Of a stretch of 32,410 nucleotides of DNA, positions 1-11,000 are shown one piece after another. Within the stretch, counting starts at the first letter, position 1, and every line of letters starts with the position of its first letter. The stretch covers positions 1,131,035 to 1,163,444 of the forward strand of contig WELB01000006.1 in NCBI GenBank assembly GCA_009602725.1. Direction: 5' to 3'. The notes below the pieces were generated by a model, which worked only from the letters and a program-made list of their open reading frames with translations, had not been told where the DNA came from and did not search any database. A program made the translations under genes and the position numbers. Origin of the DNA: Spirogloea muscicola (taxonomy: Eukaryota).

Positions 1-630
1 GCTACACCGGGCCTGTCACGATTGGTCAGACAGAACGTCAACGGTGCCATACCCTGGTGGCGCGCCTCTCGTCATGCCCGCCGGAACGCCTGCAGAGGCG
101 GCTCGGTCACGGTGTGAACAGGACCCCCGAGTCGGGAAGGAGCAGTGCGGCCCTCCCCGCGGGGCGCAGCGGGCGGTTGGGGTTTGCCCGGGTCCGTTTC
201 CAGTGATGTGCTGGGCAGCGCGGCCCCCCCCCTAGTCCAGCCCAGTCCCGTTACCACAGGCAGACTGAGATTGAATATCTCCACCGCCCCGAACCAATTA
301 CCATTCATTTGACCCGCCCCGGACTCCAACGCCTCCGCCCGCGCCATCTCCGCCGCGCCGTCGCGCCGGCCTCGCCGCGCCGCGCAGCCGCCGCCGGGTG
401 TGCGCGTCGTCCGCCGGTCTTGCTTCCGTCCGTCTGGCTTTCCAGGCTCTCGTCATTCGTGCCCAGGCTCTGCCAACGGAAACTTGCGCTCCTCGCTCGC
501 CACTCCCGTGCAGGGCTTCCGAGGGACAGATCTCCCTCTCGGCTACGTCCGCTCGCCGAGCCAGAGCGCGCGCCTGTTGATTTTTCGCTCTCTCCTGCCT
601 GTGGCGAGTCGTCCAAGTCCTTCGGCCAAG

Positions 631-2445
631 ATGAACCCTGAGTACGACTACCTCTTCAAGCTCCTGCTCATCGGAGATTCTGGCGTCGGGAAGTCCTGCC
701 TCTTGCTGCGGTTTGCGGATGACTCCTACCTCGAGAGCTACATCAGCACCATCGGCGTGGACTTTGTGAGGCTTCTCACTTGTCAAGCATGACTCTCCGG
801 TGCCCAATGATTGAGCAGCTGTCACTAGTGGACGACTTTTGGCATCGGTCTTATTTCTTGTCACTTGCTGAGGACGAGTCTGCTTTGATGATGACGGACA
901 GAAAATCCGGACAGTGGAGCTTGACGGCAAGACCATCAAATTGCAGATCGTAAGTGCCATGTGCGAGTGTTTGCTGTGTAGATCTATGCAGATACTATGC
1001 AGTCACCCTCCAGAAGTTGGAAAGTGTGCCTAGCCTAAGGAGGTGCTGTGCTTCAGTGTATAGGACGAACTCGTCACCTAATTGGTCAAGCGTGTGTCCG
1101 TGACAAACCTAATATTGGTCAGGGTCATCCAATGCTCTGGACGTAGAAGATCAGTGTCATCCATCTGGTTGTTCTGCAGTGGGATACTGCTGGACAGGAG
1201 AGGTTTCGGACAATTACGAGCAGTTACTATCGGGGCGCCCACGGAATCATTGTAAGTCTGTAGCTATTTCGTGGTCGTCCAGTCGAGAAGTGCAACTCAC
1301 CTCCTTTGCACGAAGTGAGGTCTTCTTAGGTCAGCGGTACCCGAGGATTGTGGAGGAGTGCTTGATTGTGTGCATCCAAGAAGGATGTGTAGAGCAAGTG
1401 AAAGACAAGTCCTAAGTCTTGCATATTTGAGTCTTCTGCTAGTTGGTCACATGTCTGCAAGTTGCACAGTTAAGCTTTGAAGCATTTGTTTTGTCAATGT
1501 AGCTCATCATTTGCTTGGCCTTATTAAGGGAACAGAATGTATGTGTGATATTAGTCTGTGTAAACGTCTGTATAGATGGTAGAATCATATGGTAGAAAAT
1601 ACATATGCATATATATCTGAGCATCACTGAGTCATGATGCTGGTTGACTTGCAGGTAGTTTATGATGTGACCGATCAGGAAAGCTTCAACAATGTCAAAC
1701 AATGGCTTAATGAGATAGATCGGTATGCAAATGAGAATGTGAACAAGCTCTTGGTTGGTAATAAGAGCGATCTGACTGCCAAGAAGGTGGTTGATTATCA
1801 GACCGCCAAGGTATGTTTCATGGTGTAAATCAATAGTTGTGTGCTCGTGACCTCCTATTGAGCTTTTGTGCATGACCTGAGAGACCTGTCCTCAACTAGA
1901 CGTGCTTCAGTCATAAGGCCTTGATGCTTACTGCTGTCACCTGATAGCAGATGTCAAAGGCAGCTGTATGCAATCCTGCTTCTGCCATGCTAAGCCTCCT
2001 CTTATGATTTACCATAAGTAATGCAAGGACTGTACGTTGATGACATTGCTGTGCAGGCTTTTGCTGACGAGATTGGTATCCCATTCTTAGAGACATCAGC
2101 GAAGAATGCAACAAATGTTGAGCAAGCTTTCATGACCATGGCAGCTGAGATTAAAAACAGGTAGATTACCACATCACAACTGAGTCTGATCTGTCTCTGT
2201 TATGCAGATCAGTCTTCACATTATCTGTAGCATAAGTGATAGATCATGTAGCTGACAAGCATACACTAGAAATCAGCCTACCTGAGTATAATACGACGTA
2301 CAATGATGGTTGTCCTTCACTGATACTGCACGGTTGGCAATGTCACTGATGCAGAATGGCTAGCCAGCCGGCGCTGAACACCAAAGCGAGCACTGTCCGC
2401 CCTGGGGAAAGCCGGCCTCTGCCACAGAAGAACAATTGTTGCTGA
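631..2445 (+). CDS. RAB1: Rab1/RabD (Ypt1-like) small GTPase, 6 exons, 201 aa
   Basis: Exons 631-765, 902-949, 1180-1251, 1655-1810, 2057-2160, 2355-2445, all GT-AG and in frame. Protein reads [22 protein letters not shown]...[22 protein letters not shown]...GNKSD...ETSAK and ends ...KNNCC* (di-Cys prenylation motif). Confidence 0.97.
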
Positions 2446-3398
2446 TGTGTTCCTTGAGAGTGCTCGATTGGCATTAGAAGGGTTGTTGATGAGGCCAGCT
2501 AGCCGGCCAGCCTGGCTAACTTAGGGGTGTACTTCTTCATGCTGGCCCTTGGGGTCATGTAGCCACCTCCTTGGGATCTATAGTATCAATCATGACCAAG
2601 ATGGATGCAGCTGTTCAGGTCCACCTTCTTTGGAATTGTAAGAACCTTCTGACTGTTGCGAGGAGCTGTCTTGGCCAGTTCACAGCCGGGTATGCCTGAG
2701 GGACTGTCATTAGTGAACCTGGCAGCTTTACGCTGCAGCGCCATTTGCACCTGGCCTGTAGAACGAGCTGGCAGCCTTGTAGTGGGCCGAGTGTCCTCAG
2801 GCAGGCAGACATTGAGGAGGTCATTTCACGTATTTGCTTATCTGGTCTCGGTTGACCTTGATTTCGCTGGATGATCGATCTGTGTGTGTGTAAAAGACGT
2901 TGGCTGTTGTCCCATGGTGCTTTGCATCCCCGCTGTTGCTAACCCTCTCCAACCATATCAATTTTGTGCTGCAAAAGGCAGACGTCCTACTGGCCTGAAG
3001 GAAGCTGCAGCCACTAAAGCTGGCCGTTCCTTCGCGACTGCTAAGAGTTGAGAAGGCCAATGCATGAAAGACCTCCATGCAATATGCCTTGTGGATCACC
3101 TGTCGGCTGGTGTATGCGGCCATCCTCCTTGATAAAGCCATAGAGGTGGAGGCTCCTGATACCACCTAGTGCAGGAGCCAACACTTAGGCTGCTCAAATC
3201 TAAGTTTTGTCAGCCTTTGACGTGATCCTATTCTCTTGGCCAGCCAGGAGTATCCCTGGGCTCAAGCAGATGAAAAGCGTGAAAAGAGAATGCCAAACGT
3301 ATCCAGTCTGACCTGCCACATGTGACTTACACTGCTCAATATTGTCGTTATGATTGTTGATAGCCTGTCAATAGTTGCAATACTGATGCTGCTGGTGA

Positions 3399-3536
3399 AG
3401 AAAGTGCTCGCTTATTGAGGATAGGGGCTAGAAAAACGAGCCCAAAAAAGAAGAAACGAAGTACGAGAAGGGGGCCAGGGGAAGCGCTAAGAAAAACAAG
3501 CACAAGAAGAAACAAAGCAGCTACGAATCACTCAGC
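3399..3536 (-). repeat. Dispersed repeat homologous to 26497-26644, containing the GGGCT-loop-AGCCC hairpin module
   Basis: gaggataggggctagaaaaacgagcccaaaaaagaa...gaagcgctaagaaaa...agcagctacgaatcactcagc versus gaggataggggctggaaaagccagcccaaaaaagaa...gaagcgctaagaaaa...agcagctacaaatcactcagc. Confidence 0.88.
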
Positions 3537-3966
3537 TGCTGGTGGACCCTCACGGTGAGTCACATATTGGACAAGTGTGGTGGCCATCAGGAAATTGTGA
3601 ATCACATCAAGGGTATTTGTGATGTGCGTGGTAATGGGCCACGCATGCTTTCAATGAATGTACAGGAAATGAGCTACTTGGAGCAATAAGAGCTCAAAGC
3701 TACCCCATGTCAATGCATTGAGTCTTCTTAAAGAGCTGCAGCAGCCTATCACTGCTGGCAGAGCCTTGTGCGGGGGCAGCCTAATCACTGGGGCAACAAA
3801 TTGTGGCGAAATTGAGGGAGAACCCATGGAAGGTCCTGGCCAAGTAAATACGATGGCTAAGGTGTGCAGCGCCTTGATATGTGCACAGAGCAAGGCGGCT
3901 GTGGTCTGAATGATGGGGCCAGGAATTCTTACGCAGACTATTTCTGTTATGTGGCATAAACCAGGG

Positions 3967-5517
3967 TCATAAATGCACGTTGTTGAGGTGCAGGTCACCA
4001 GGGCTGCCGTCACGATCGAGGCGCAATGCTGAGACTAGCTGCCCTAAGGAGGGCAAGGAGGTGACTGTGGGGCGGATGCAGCGGGCAAGCTCAACAGCAT
4101 CCTCAGCGCGCAGCCGTCCGCCCTGCTGAGCAACAACGAGTGATGCAACGCGGGCTGCCAGGGCGCCCGCACCGCGCAGGTCTGGGACACCCCGGAGGAG
4201 GCCAAAGAGGAGGCCTGCTGCATACGCGTCCCCAGCGCCACAAGTATCCACCGGAGTACATGGGAAGGGCGGGACGTACACTACCTCGCCACGCAGGCTG
4301 AGGTACGCCCCTCGCGCGCCGTCTGTGACTGATACGAGCGGACAGAAGCGCGAAAGATGACGTGCCGCCAGCGCGGGGCTTGTGCTCTTGCTGAAGCCCG
4401 TAAGCGCCCGCGCCTCGTCCGCATTGGAGAAGAGGATGTCTGCACTCTCTGACATGACTTGCCAGAAGCGGTCGCGGTGGCGGACGACGCACGAGACGTC
4501 GGAGGTCGACAGTGCCACGAGCACACCCTTCGAGCGAGCCATGTGGCACGCCTCCGCAATAGCTGCCACCGTCTTCGGAATTTCCCACAGGTAGCCTTCC
4601 ACCATCAGGAAGCTCGAGCAGCACACAGCCGCCCCCAATGCTGCGTCACACTCCACCGATGACGACATCCCCTGCAACATCACCCACCACACAAAGTGGC
4701 TGATTCAGACCCTGGCGTTTACCCGTGCATCACCTGGTGCAACTTCTCAGAGTTGGCCATCAGGGGGCTCACCTGGTACGAGAGCATCGTCCGCTGCGCA
4801 TCGGGCGTGGTGAGGACGACGACGGTGCCGGTCGTGCCGCCGGCGACAGGGCGGGACAGGAAGTGCACGTTCGCGCGCTGCAGCTTCGCCCGGTAGAAGT
4901 CCCCGAGGGCGTCGCTGCCCACGCTGCCGGTCATGGCGACGTTGATGGCCGGCTGCTCGCTGCCGGAGGCGTCCAGAGCCGCCGCGCTGCCGAGCCGGGC
5001 GAGGGCGACCAGCGTGTTGGAGAGCGAGCCGCCGGCAGAGACCTTGTAGGAGCAGCCGTCGAGAGCGCGCAGCACGGCGCCGCGCTCCTCGTGGTCCACC
5101 AGGCGGCGCACGCCCTTCTCCAGGCCCAGCGCCTCCAGGAAGCCGTCGCTCACCATGCCCGAGAAGTCCACCTGCGCCGCGCACGCGCGACGGCGCCGTC
5201 AGCTCCTCCGACGCCGCTTGCTTGCATCTGGGCATCCCCGGAGCTGGCTCCGAGGCACTGCTGCAGGCTGCGAAGCTGAGGCCGATACCCGCCCAGTTGG
5301 GCGGGCCTTCGGCGGCGGCGGCGGGGGCGGCGGCGGCAGCGAGAGCTCACCATGGCCTGGCCGAGGCCGACCACGTCCCAGCTGCGAGGCAAGGCGCGCT
5401 CCGGCGGGCCGTGCGGCTGCGGCGCCAAGCTGCAGCGGAGCACGTTGGCGGTGGCCGCTGCGGGCAGGGTCCGGAGGCATAGCCCTGGCGGCGGTGGGTT
5501 GCGGCGGCGGCGCGGCG
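3967..5517 (-). CDS. NARA5: PfkB-family carbohydrate kinase, NARA5-like, probably plastid-targeted; 5' end lies in the N gap
   Basis: Exons >5517-5351, 5171-4773, 4671-3967 (GT-AG). WDVVGLGQAM|VDFSGMVSDGFL..., GGSLSNTLVALARLG, TGTVVVLTTPDAQRTMLSYQ|G and the PfkB signature DTCGAGDAYAAG match my recollection of Arabidopsis NARA5. Upstream sequence is Arg/Ala/Pro-rich, like a transit peptide. Confidence 0.88.
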
Positions 5518-6281
5518 NNNNNNNNNNNNNNNNNNNNNNNNNNNNNNNNNNNNNNNNNNNNNNNNNNNNNNNNNNNNNNNNNNNNNNNNNNNNNNNNNNN
5601 NNNNNNNNNNNNNNNNNNNNNNNNNNNNNNNNNNNNNNNNNNNNNNNNNNNNNNNNNNNNNNNNNNNNNNNNNNNNNNNNNNNNNNNNNNNNNNNNNNNN
5701 NNNNNNNNNNNNNNNNNNNNNNNNNNNNNNNNNNNNNNNNNNNNNNNNNNNNNNNNNNNNNNNNNNNNNNNNNNNNNNNNNNNNNNNNNNNNNNNNNNNN
5801 NNNNNNNNNNNNNNNNNNNNNNNNNNNNNNNNNNNNNNNNNNNNNNNNNNNNNNNNNNNNNNNNNNNNNNNNNNNNNNNNNNNNNNNNNNNNNNNNNNNN
5901 NNNNNNNNNNNNNNNNNNNNNNNNNNNNNNNNNNNNNNNNNNNNNNNNNNNNNNNNNNNNNNNNNNNNNNNNNNNNNNNNNNNNNNNNNNNNNNNNNNNN
6001 NNNNNNNNNNNNNNNNNNNNNNNNNNNNNNNNNNNNNNNNNNNNNNNNNNNNNNNNNNNNNNNNNNNNNNNNNNNNNNNNNNNNNNNNNNNNNNNNNNNN
6101 NNNNNNNNNNNNNNNNNNNNNNNNNNNNNNNNNNNNNNNNNNNNNNNNNNNNNNNNNNNNNNNNNNNNNNNNNNNNNNNNNNNNNNNNNNNNNNNNNNNN
6201 NNNNNNNNNNNNNNNNNNNNNNNNNNNNNNNNNNNNNNNNNNNNNNNNNNNNNNNNNNNNNNNNNNNNNNNNNNNNNNNNN
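5518..6281. other. Assembly gap (764 N) hiding the start codons and shared divergent promoter of NARA5 and PSB33
   Basis: Run of n characters; both flanking genes read outward from the gap. Confidence 0.99.
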
Positions 6282-7759
6282 NGCGGCGCGTCGCGGCCGC
6301 AGCCGGCGGCGCGAGGTTCCTCCTGGGCCGGAGGCTCCGGAGCGGCCTCCGCGCCCCCGGCGGCCTGCCCAGGCCAGCGCAGCCCTCTCGGCGGTCCCCG
6401 GCCCTCGTCCAGGTGCCGCAGCGGCTGCAGCTGCGCGACCTGAGCCCCTCTCGATGCCCACGCCCGCGGCTGTGCGAGCTGGGTGCAATGCCGCGGCGGG
6501 CCAGCCGACGACCTGCCATACTGGGCTCAGCCAGCTTTGGCAGCCAGGCCTGCTCTCGTCGTCGCAATGGCGGCCGTCCCTGAGGCTCTCGTCTGGCGTC
6601 GTGCGGCTGCCGCGCCCTCGCAGGCTGCGGCGGAGCCGTCGGTGGTAGAGGCGGCGACCGGCGAGTCCGCCAACTGGGTGCCGGTGATCCCCGTTGAGGC
6701 GCTCCCGCGTGGCGAGCGGCGGCTGGTCCGTCAGGACGGCGAGACCATCCTCCTCTTGTGGTACCGAGACCAGATCTACGCGCTGGAGAACACCTCCCCC
6801 GCCGAGGGCGCCTACTCTGAGGGCTTCATCAATGCCAAGCTCACGCAGGTCTGCAGTCGCCGTTGTTGCGCCCTTCGATGCCGCCGTTGCCGCTGGGCGG
6901 CTCATGTTGGCAAATACGAGAACTCGTCGTCTCTGCCCGCTGCGAGTGCACTAAGAAGAGAGCAGGCCTGGCAGTGACTCACAATGCAGACGACGCCAAA
7001 AACAGGGCTGTGGAGGACAAGCTTGCGCTGCCTCTCCTGTGATGCCAGGGACTACGAGCAAGCGAGCTGCTCGGAAGGGGCTACATTGAGGGCTATCATG
7101 CGTGGGCTGATGCATCGCCCACGTATGTGCAGGATGGCGCCATCGTCTGCCCAACAACGGGTACAACGTACGACCTGAAGACGGGCGCAATTCGCGAGTG
7201 GTACCCCACCAACCCTGTGCTGCGCGTCCTCACCCGGCCACTGCGTGAGGTGGAGACATACCCCGTCAAGGTGGATGGCGAGTCTATCTACGTCGACATG
7301 CGGAGCAATACGTCCAGTGATGCCGCGGAGGTCGTCATCGGCAGTGGAGCAAAGGTCGGCCAGACTGCATCGGACGTCGCTGTGGACGAGGTATGTTGCT
7401 GCAGCACATCTAACCACAATCCATTCTCGGGATGACATCATTTGCTGACCTGCAGTTGCGTTTCCAAGTCATTAATATCTGAATGAGCAGGGTTGGGCAC
7501 ATTGACTATCAGCTTGCAATCGGTGGGCACCGTTTTCTGACATGTGTGCACTCAGCAGACGAGAATGCAGGTGGACGAGTCCCAGCAGGGCTTTGGATTT
7601 TCACGCAAGAACGAAATCATCAATGGGCGTGCGGCAATGCTCGGATTCTTCTTCCTCCTTGTACAAGAGCTCGTCACCAGCAAGGGTTTTCTATCCGGCA
7701 CCGGCTTCCTCGATTTCATCTACCGCACTGTGCTCCCTGGGGGGCCCCTCATTAAGTGA
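6282..7759 (+). CDS. PSB33: PSB33/LIL8 (TEF5-like) thylakoid protein: Rieske-like domain plus C-terminal LHC/HLIP-like helix; 5' end in the gap
   Basis: Exons <6282-6412, 6624-6848, 7133-7390, 7559-7759. Transit-peptide-like ...SRRSPALVQ|AAAEP, then NWVPVIPVEALPRGERRLVRQDGETILLLWYRDQIYALENTSPAEGAYSEG...CPTTGTTYDLKTG, then the LHC motif NEIINGRAAMLGF. Confidence 0.92.
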
Positions 7760-8072
7760 CTTAGGACCTGCTTGCTCCTCTCGTCAGCTGTCCTTGGCCT
7801 GCTTGTAGCCATTATTAACTAGGCCCAGCTGCTGCACACCAGGACATTGAGACACCCGAGTCTCACCTGAAATCACATTGCTCACATGTGGGGAGTTTTG
7901 TCTGGCGTCATTGGGACAGCCTTGCATTTCAATTGACCCCAAGAGCACTTGTGATATTGGGCAGTTTGACGCATCTTGGCCCCAGACGTAAGAGATTGGC
8001 AGGCCAAGGCAGGCAACTCCACGCGAAAATGGGCTGCATAATGGGCACCTGCTTGGCTAGCCCAATCAGCTG

Positions 8073-11000
8073 TCACACAGTCAGTGCAGGTAATCTCAAA
8101 ATGGCGTCCAAGTCGCTGCCTGCACTTTGCTGGCACTCCTCTGTTAAGGCTTGTGTCAGCATCTCTGTGGCGAAGGCGTCTCCTGGTCTTAGTCCAAGTG
8201 CCTGCCAGGTCAGGGGCAAGAACCTGAGCAGTGAACGCATCACTACTACTTTGTGCAACGTAACCATCACATTCCTGCATGACTTTACTTCAGTACTGCA
8301 AACACCAAAACAAACAAACACCAGCATTGGCAATAGCATATTGCCAATGTCCATACTGCAACTTCGAGCTGACCGTGACTTCAAACTGCAATTGCATCTG
8401 GCTGCATTCAGACATATGAGACATCATTTTGAGGTTCTGGGCATAATGTGCACCCTGTGATAGTAGTCAATGGCTTGTGTTAGATTACCCTGCACATCAG
8501 ATAAACTGAAGTCAGCTTCCCTAATTATCTGTGGTATGTCTTCGATGAAGAGCAAGACAGTAATACAAACAAGCAATTCGAACAGCATCTGCACTTGATA
8601 CCATGAAAACCGTTCAAGCGGTGAAGGGGGAAGAGGACAGGCCTGTAAGTGGTGAGTAAAGGCAAGAGCTGCGCAAGTACTGACAGCCTTGGGGACAAGA
8701 GCAATGGCCTCCTCATAAACTGTGATTGCTTCTTTGTACAGCCTGTCACAGGATGCCAGCCTCGACAACATAAGAGTATATGGTGAAGAGTGCCAATGTC
8801 TCAGCTCTGATAATACTGCCTGCAGCATTGAGATACAAGGCCGACACAAGCCCTTGTGCGAGCTGCATGCATGCAAGGAACCGAGCATCACACATTTGTA
8901 GCAACTTGTCTTGCTCAAGATCTACTCTGCTTGCTCGCAGGTCCTCAAGTATGGCGGTTTCGAAGAGAACATTTGACAGGTGGCACTATGTTGTCCAAGA
9001 AACGCACTTCTGCTTCCGGAAGGTGTGGGCCAGGTTGACCAGTGTTGTTTCCCATGCGGGAGTGGTCGGATGTGGAGCAAATTGCAACGCTTTCGCGAAA
9101 GAGGAGGCAGCAGAAGGGTAACTGCAAAATGCGCGCAGACAGAGAAAAGTTTGCAGGTATGTGACATGAACAAGAATCTAAAGAAAGCTATCAATGACTA
9201 GGATAGACAATCCTTGTTTTGCTTTCGCAATAGGACTAATGTCAAGCAGGTTTAAGAGAGAAAGAGTTCTGGAAGTTGGCTCGCACTCTCCGTTGAGGAA
9301 GGCAAGAACTCCAAGCTCATTATGGACCAGCGGATCCTCAGGGCAGATTGATCTTGATTGTATGTAGAACTGCAGGGCAGCAAAGTAAGTGAGCCACCTA
9401 GCCCAAGAAGAAGACTGTCCTTTATTACACATTGAAATGGTCCTTGGCCTGTGCTTAGCTATACACATTTTGTTTACAAGGACAGACACTGATCTTCTTG
9501 GGCTTCAATATTTCAAGTGCCAAATGAACAAACACCTGCTCGGCAAGGACCCAGTTGTTGGTGCGCTGATACTCCATTCCAATGCACAGCATTGGCAGGT
9601 GGCACCTGCTTCATCGCAAGACAAGACGTTAGAGACAGTGCAGCTGGGCAGCAGAGCTAGCCAGGAAGCTCCACCACTTACTAAGCATTGAGAGATACAC
9701 ATCATTGGAATGTATGGACCAGTGTGATGCAGTGATGCATGCCCCTTCGCTAAGGGCTGCACTAAAATGAGTGCGCGAGTTGCTCACCCTGCAAATAAGC
9801 GAGCTGCAGTGCGGTAGGCAGCCATTGCTTGATCGCTTTCATCTTGTGCAGCGTAAGCATTGCCAAAGCCAAGCCAAGCAGGAGCAAATGAGCTCTGCAG
9901 TGTTGTTGCTTTGCTGATATGAACAGGTGTAAAGGGGGAAGTGTCAGACTAGCAAGCTAAGGCTCAGTTAAGCATACCAGTGTAAAACCGTATCAACAGA
10001 TCATGGTCAATTTCCTCAGACAAGCAAGATCAAGTGTGTCTGGCATCTCTCACATTACAAAATATGCACGGGTACATTGTCAGCAAGCACACCTCGTTCT
10101 TATAACTCCTGGACTAACAGATGCAAGAAAATGCGTATAAATGCACAAAGCGCAAAAAACTGAACCTGAAATAACGGCGAGCCTGATCAAAGTGCTGTAT
10201 ACAGTAGTAATAGCAAGCCACGCCAAACCAGGAGAGAGCACTGTCATGTACCACAAGCAAGCAGTACAAGGTGTGTGACGTTGAAACTAATATTTAACAC
10301 TGTCCTTGCACGAACATGTCGGTGATGCCTTTGTCCCCTTAGAAGTGTCACAAGCTTTTTCTTAGGAGTAAGGCATATGCGCTTCCTTAAGCAACAAACG
10401 GCGCACTTGATTGACAATACAAAGGCTGTGGATGTCACATAAGCTTTCTGATTTGTTCTATTCATGGATAGGCATGCTTCGCAATACTTTCTGTACTTTC
10501 TGGTAACTGCTAGCAGAAGTCATGGACAGCCTAAACAAAGGGCTCTTTATGTGTGGTGCATTCAGAGCCTGGCATGGGCGGTGCCTTCTTGGGGCAGCTA
10601 CTCACAGTTGCGGATACTCTTGGACAAGTTTATGAGCTGTCAAGAAGAGCTCATTTTTCTTTCGAAGCTCCAAAGCAGACGCCAGATGAACAGGCATACA
10701 TTGTAAAGCATAGGGGTCTTGCTCCAACAACCTACACCACCGTTTTCTCCGCATTCCCATCAGTAACGGTACAGCCTGGGCTGCACACACTTTCACTCTG
10801 CATATGAGCTCCTGCAATCTACAAACATACACAAGTTGTAGGTAATTGTGTTGCATACCGTTTTGTGATGTCATAGCAGCACTGGTATTCACCCCTTTGA
10901 AAGTGCAGATCAGCTCTACAGCTGATGACAATGCCATTTGTACTCATTGACGTTGACGCACTTGCTGCACCTCTACCACGTTCACAAGCTTCGTCGTCTA

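Noticed and set aside
1..330. GC-rich stretch upstream of RAB1 checked for SRP, U3, RNase P/MRP or telomerase RNA
   Set aside because: Only short chance-level matches (tgaacagga, ggaaggagcag); no full conserved boxes or Pol III terminator. Probably promoter or the 5' part of a neighbouring gene. An Rfam scan would settle it.
2821..3165. 114-aa minus-strand ORF with possible splice sites between RAB1 and NARA5
   Set aside because: No recognisable motif and no supportable start or exon chain; most likely UTR or intergenic.
5155..6905. Long ORFs of 363-568 aa in the ORF track
   Set aside because: Artefacts of translating through the 764-N gap.
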